NCBI GenBank assembly: GCA_951406725.2
Contig: OX597834.1
Location: forward strand, 34,038,001 to 34,102,000
Length of the DNA: 64,000 nucleotides
Direction: 5' to 3'
Source of the DNA: Octopus vulgaris
Lineage: Eukaryota
The position numbers and the translations under genes were made by a program. Below are positions 63,302 through 64,000 of this stretch, piece after piece; within the stretch, counting starts at the first letter, position 1, and every line of letters starts with the position of its first letter. Below the pieces are notes generated by a model. It searched no databases and was not told where the DNA came from. It worked only from the letters and a program-made list of their open reading frames with translations.

Positions 63302-64000
63302 ATTTGATGAAATAAATAATGAACAAGTGAGGATTATAGACTATTAAATCCTGAATAAATTTAACAGAAAATTATAATTGGAAGAGTGAATTCACAGAAC
63401 TTTTAAATGACACAAACTGCAGTTATTTGAGCATTTTGTGGTCCCAACTAGTGTCTTGTACCCTATCACCTCACATAACTCTTCTCCTCTTTCTCTCTCT
63501 CTCTGTCTCTTTCTCTCTCTCTCTGTCTCTTTCTCTCTCTCTCTTTCTCATACACACATATATATACACATATATACATACATATATATTTATATACACA
63601 CATATACATACATATATCTACACACATATGCACATACACATATATACACACATATACACATAGATATACATACACAAATGTGTGTGCGTGTGTGTATATA
63701 AACTCCTACTTTCTTCACATCTATTGACGTTTGATATTCAAATAAACTTGCCGCTGTTCTTTTTTTTTTGTTCTTTTTTGGGTTTTTTCATCTACACCAA
63801 AAACTAAAACTAATGAGAATAATTAAATCAACGTAGGAGGAAACAAAGTGAAACAAAACTGAGACATAAAAAGGGGCAGTGGAGGCGGAGTGTTGGGGGA
63901 GAGGATCTAGGACTGGGTGTGGAGTTGATTAGATAACTCAATAAAACAAATAATAACATTTCAATAAGATTATTTAACTTAAACAAGATTTAGTAACAAA

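Overview
AT-rich, microsatellite-dense eukaryotic DNA with no recognisable host protein-coding exon. Nearly every ORF in the track is a translation of simple repeats. The repeat complement looks like a coleoid cephalopod, most likely Octopus (recognition and inference, not a database result), and the window is probably one very large intron or intergenic block. Retroposons: about 40 copies of a tRNA-like-headed SINE (called family A here), about 20 of a second tRNA-headed SINE with an internal microsatellite (B), a headless family with a (GAT)n tail that shares motifs with the 3' UTR of an RTE LINE (C), and a minor tRNA-headed family (D). DNA elements: TTAA-flanked piggyBac-type MITEs, hAT-type and Tigger-type MITE pieces, and decayed mariner and maT (DD37D) transposases. 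LINE remnants: RTE, CR1 and R4/Dong-type fragments. Most notable: (1) a fold-back element at 55.1-55.5 kb joining a Pol III tRNA-like head to a minimal hammerhead-ribozyme-like motif, plus a second hammerhead-like motif at 20.55 kb; (2) a 6.3 kb segment at 43.08-49.36 kb bracketed by inverted MITE ends with TTAA outside each; (3) two R4/Dong-type fragments in (TAA)n; (4) weak minus-strand splice-signal candidates. Family letters are my own labels. Boundaries were read by eye and are approximate unless a TSD or TIR is quoted.
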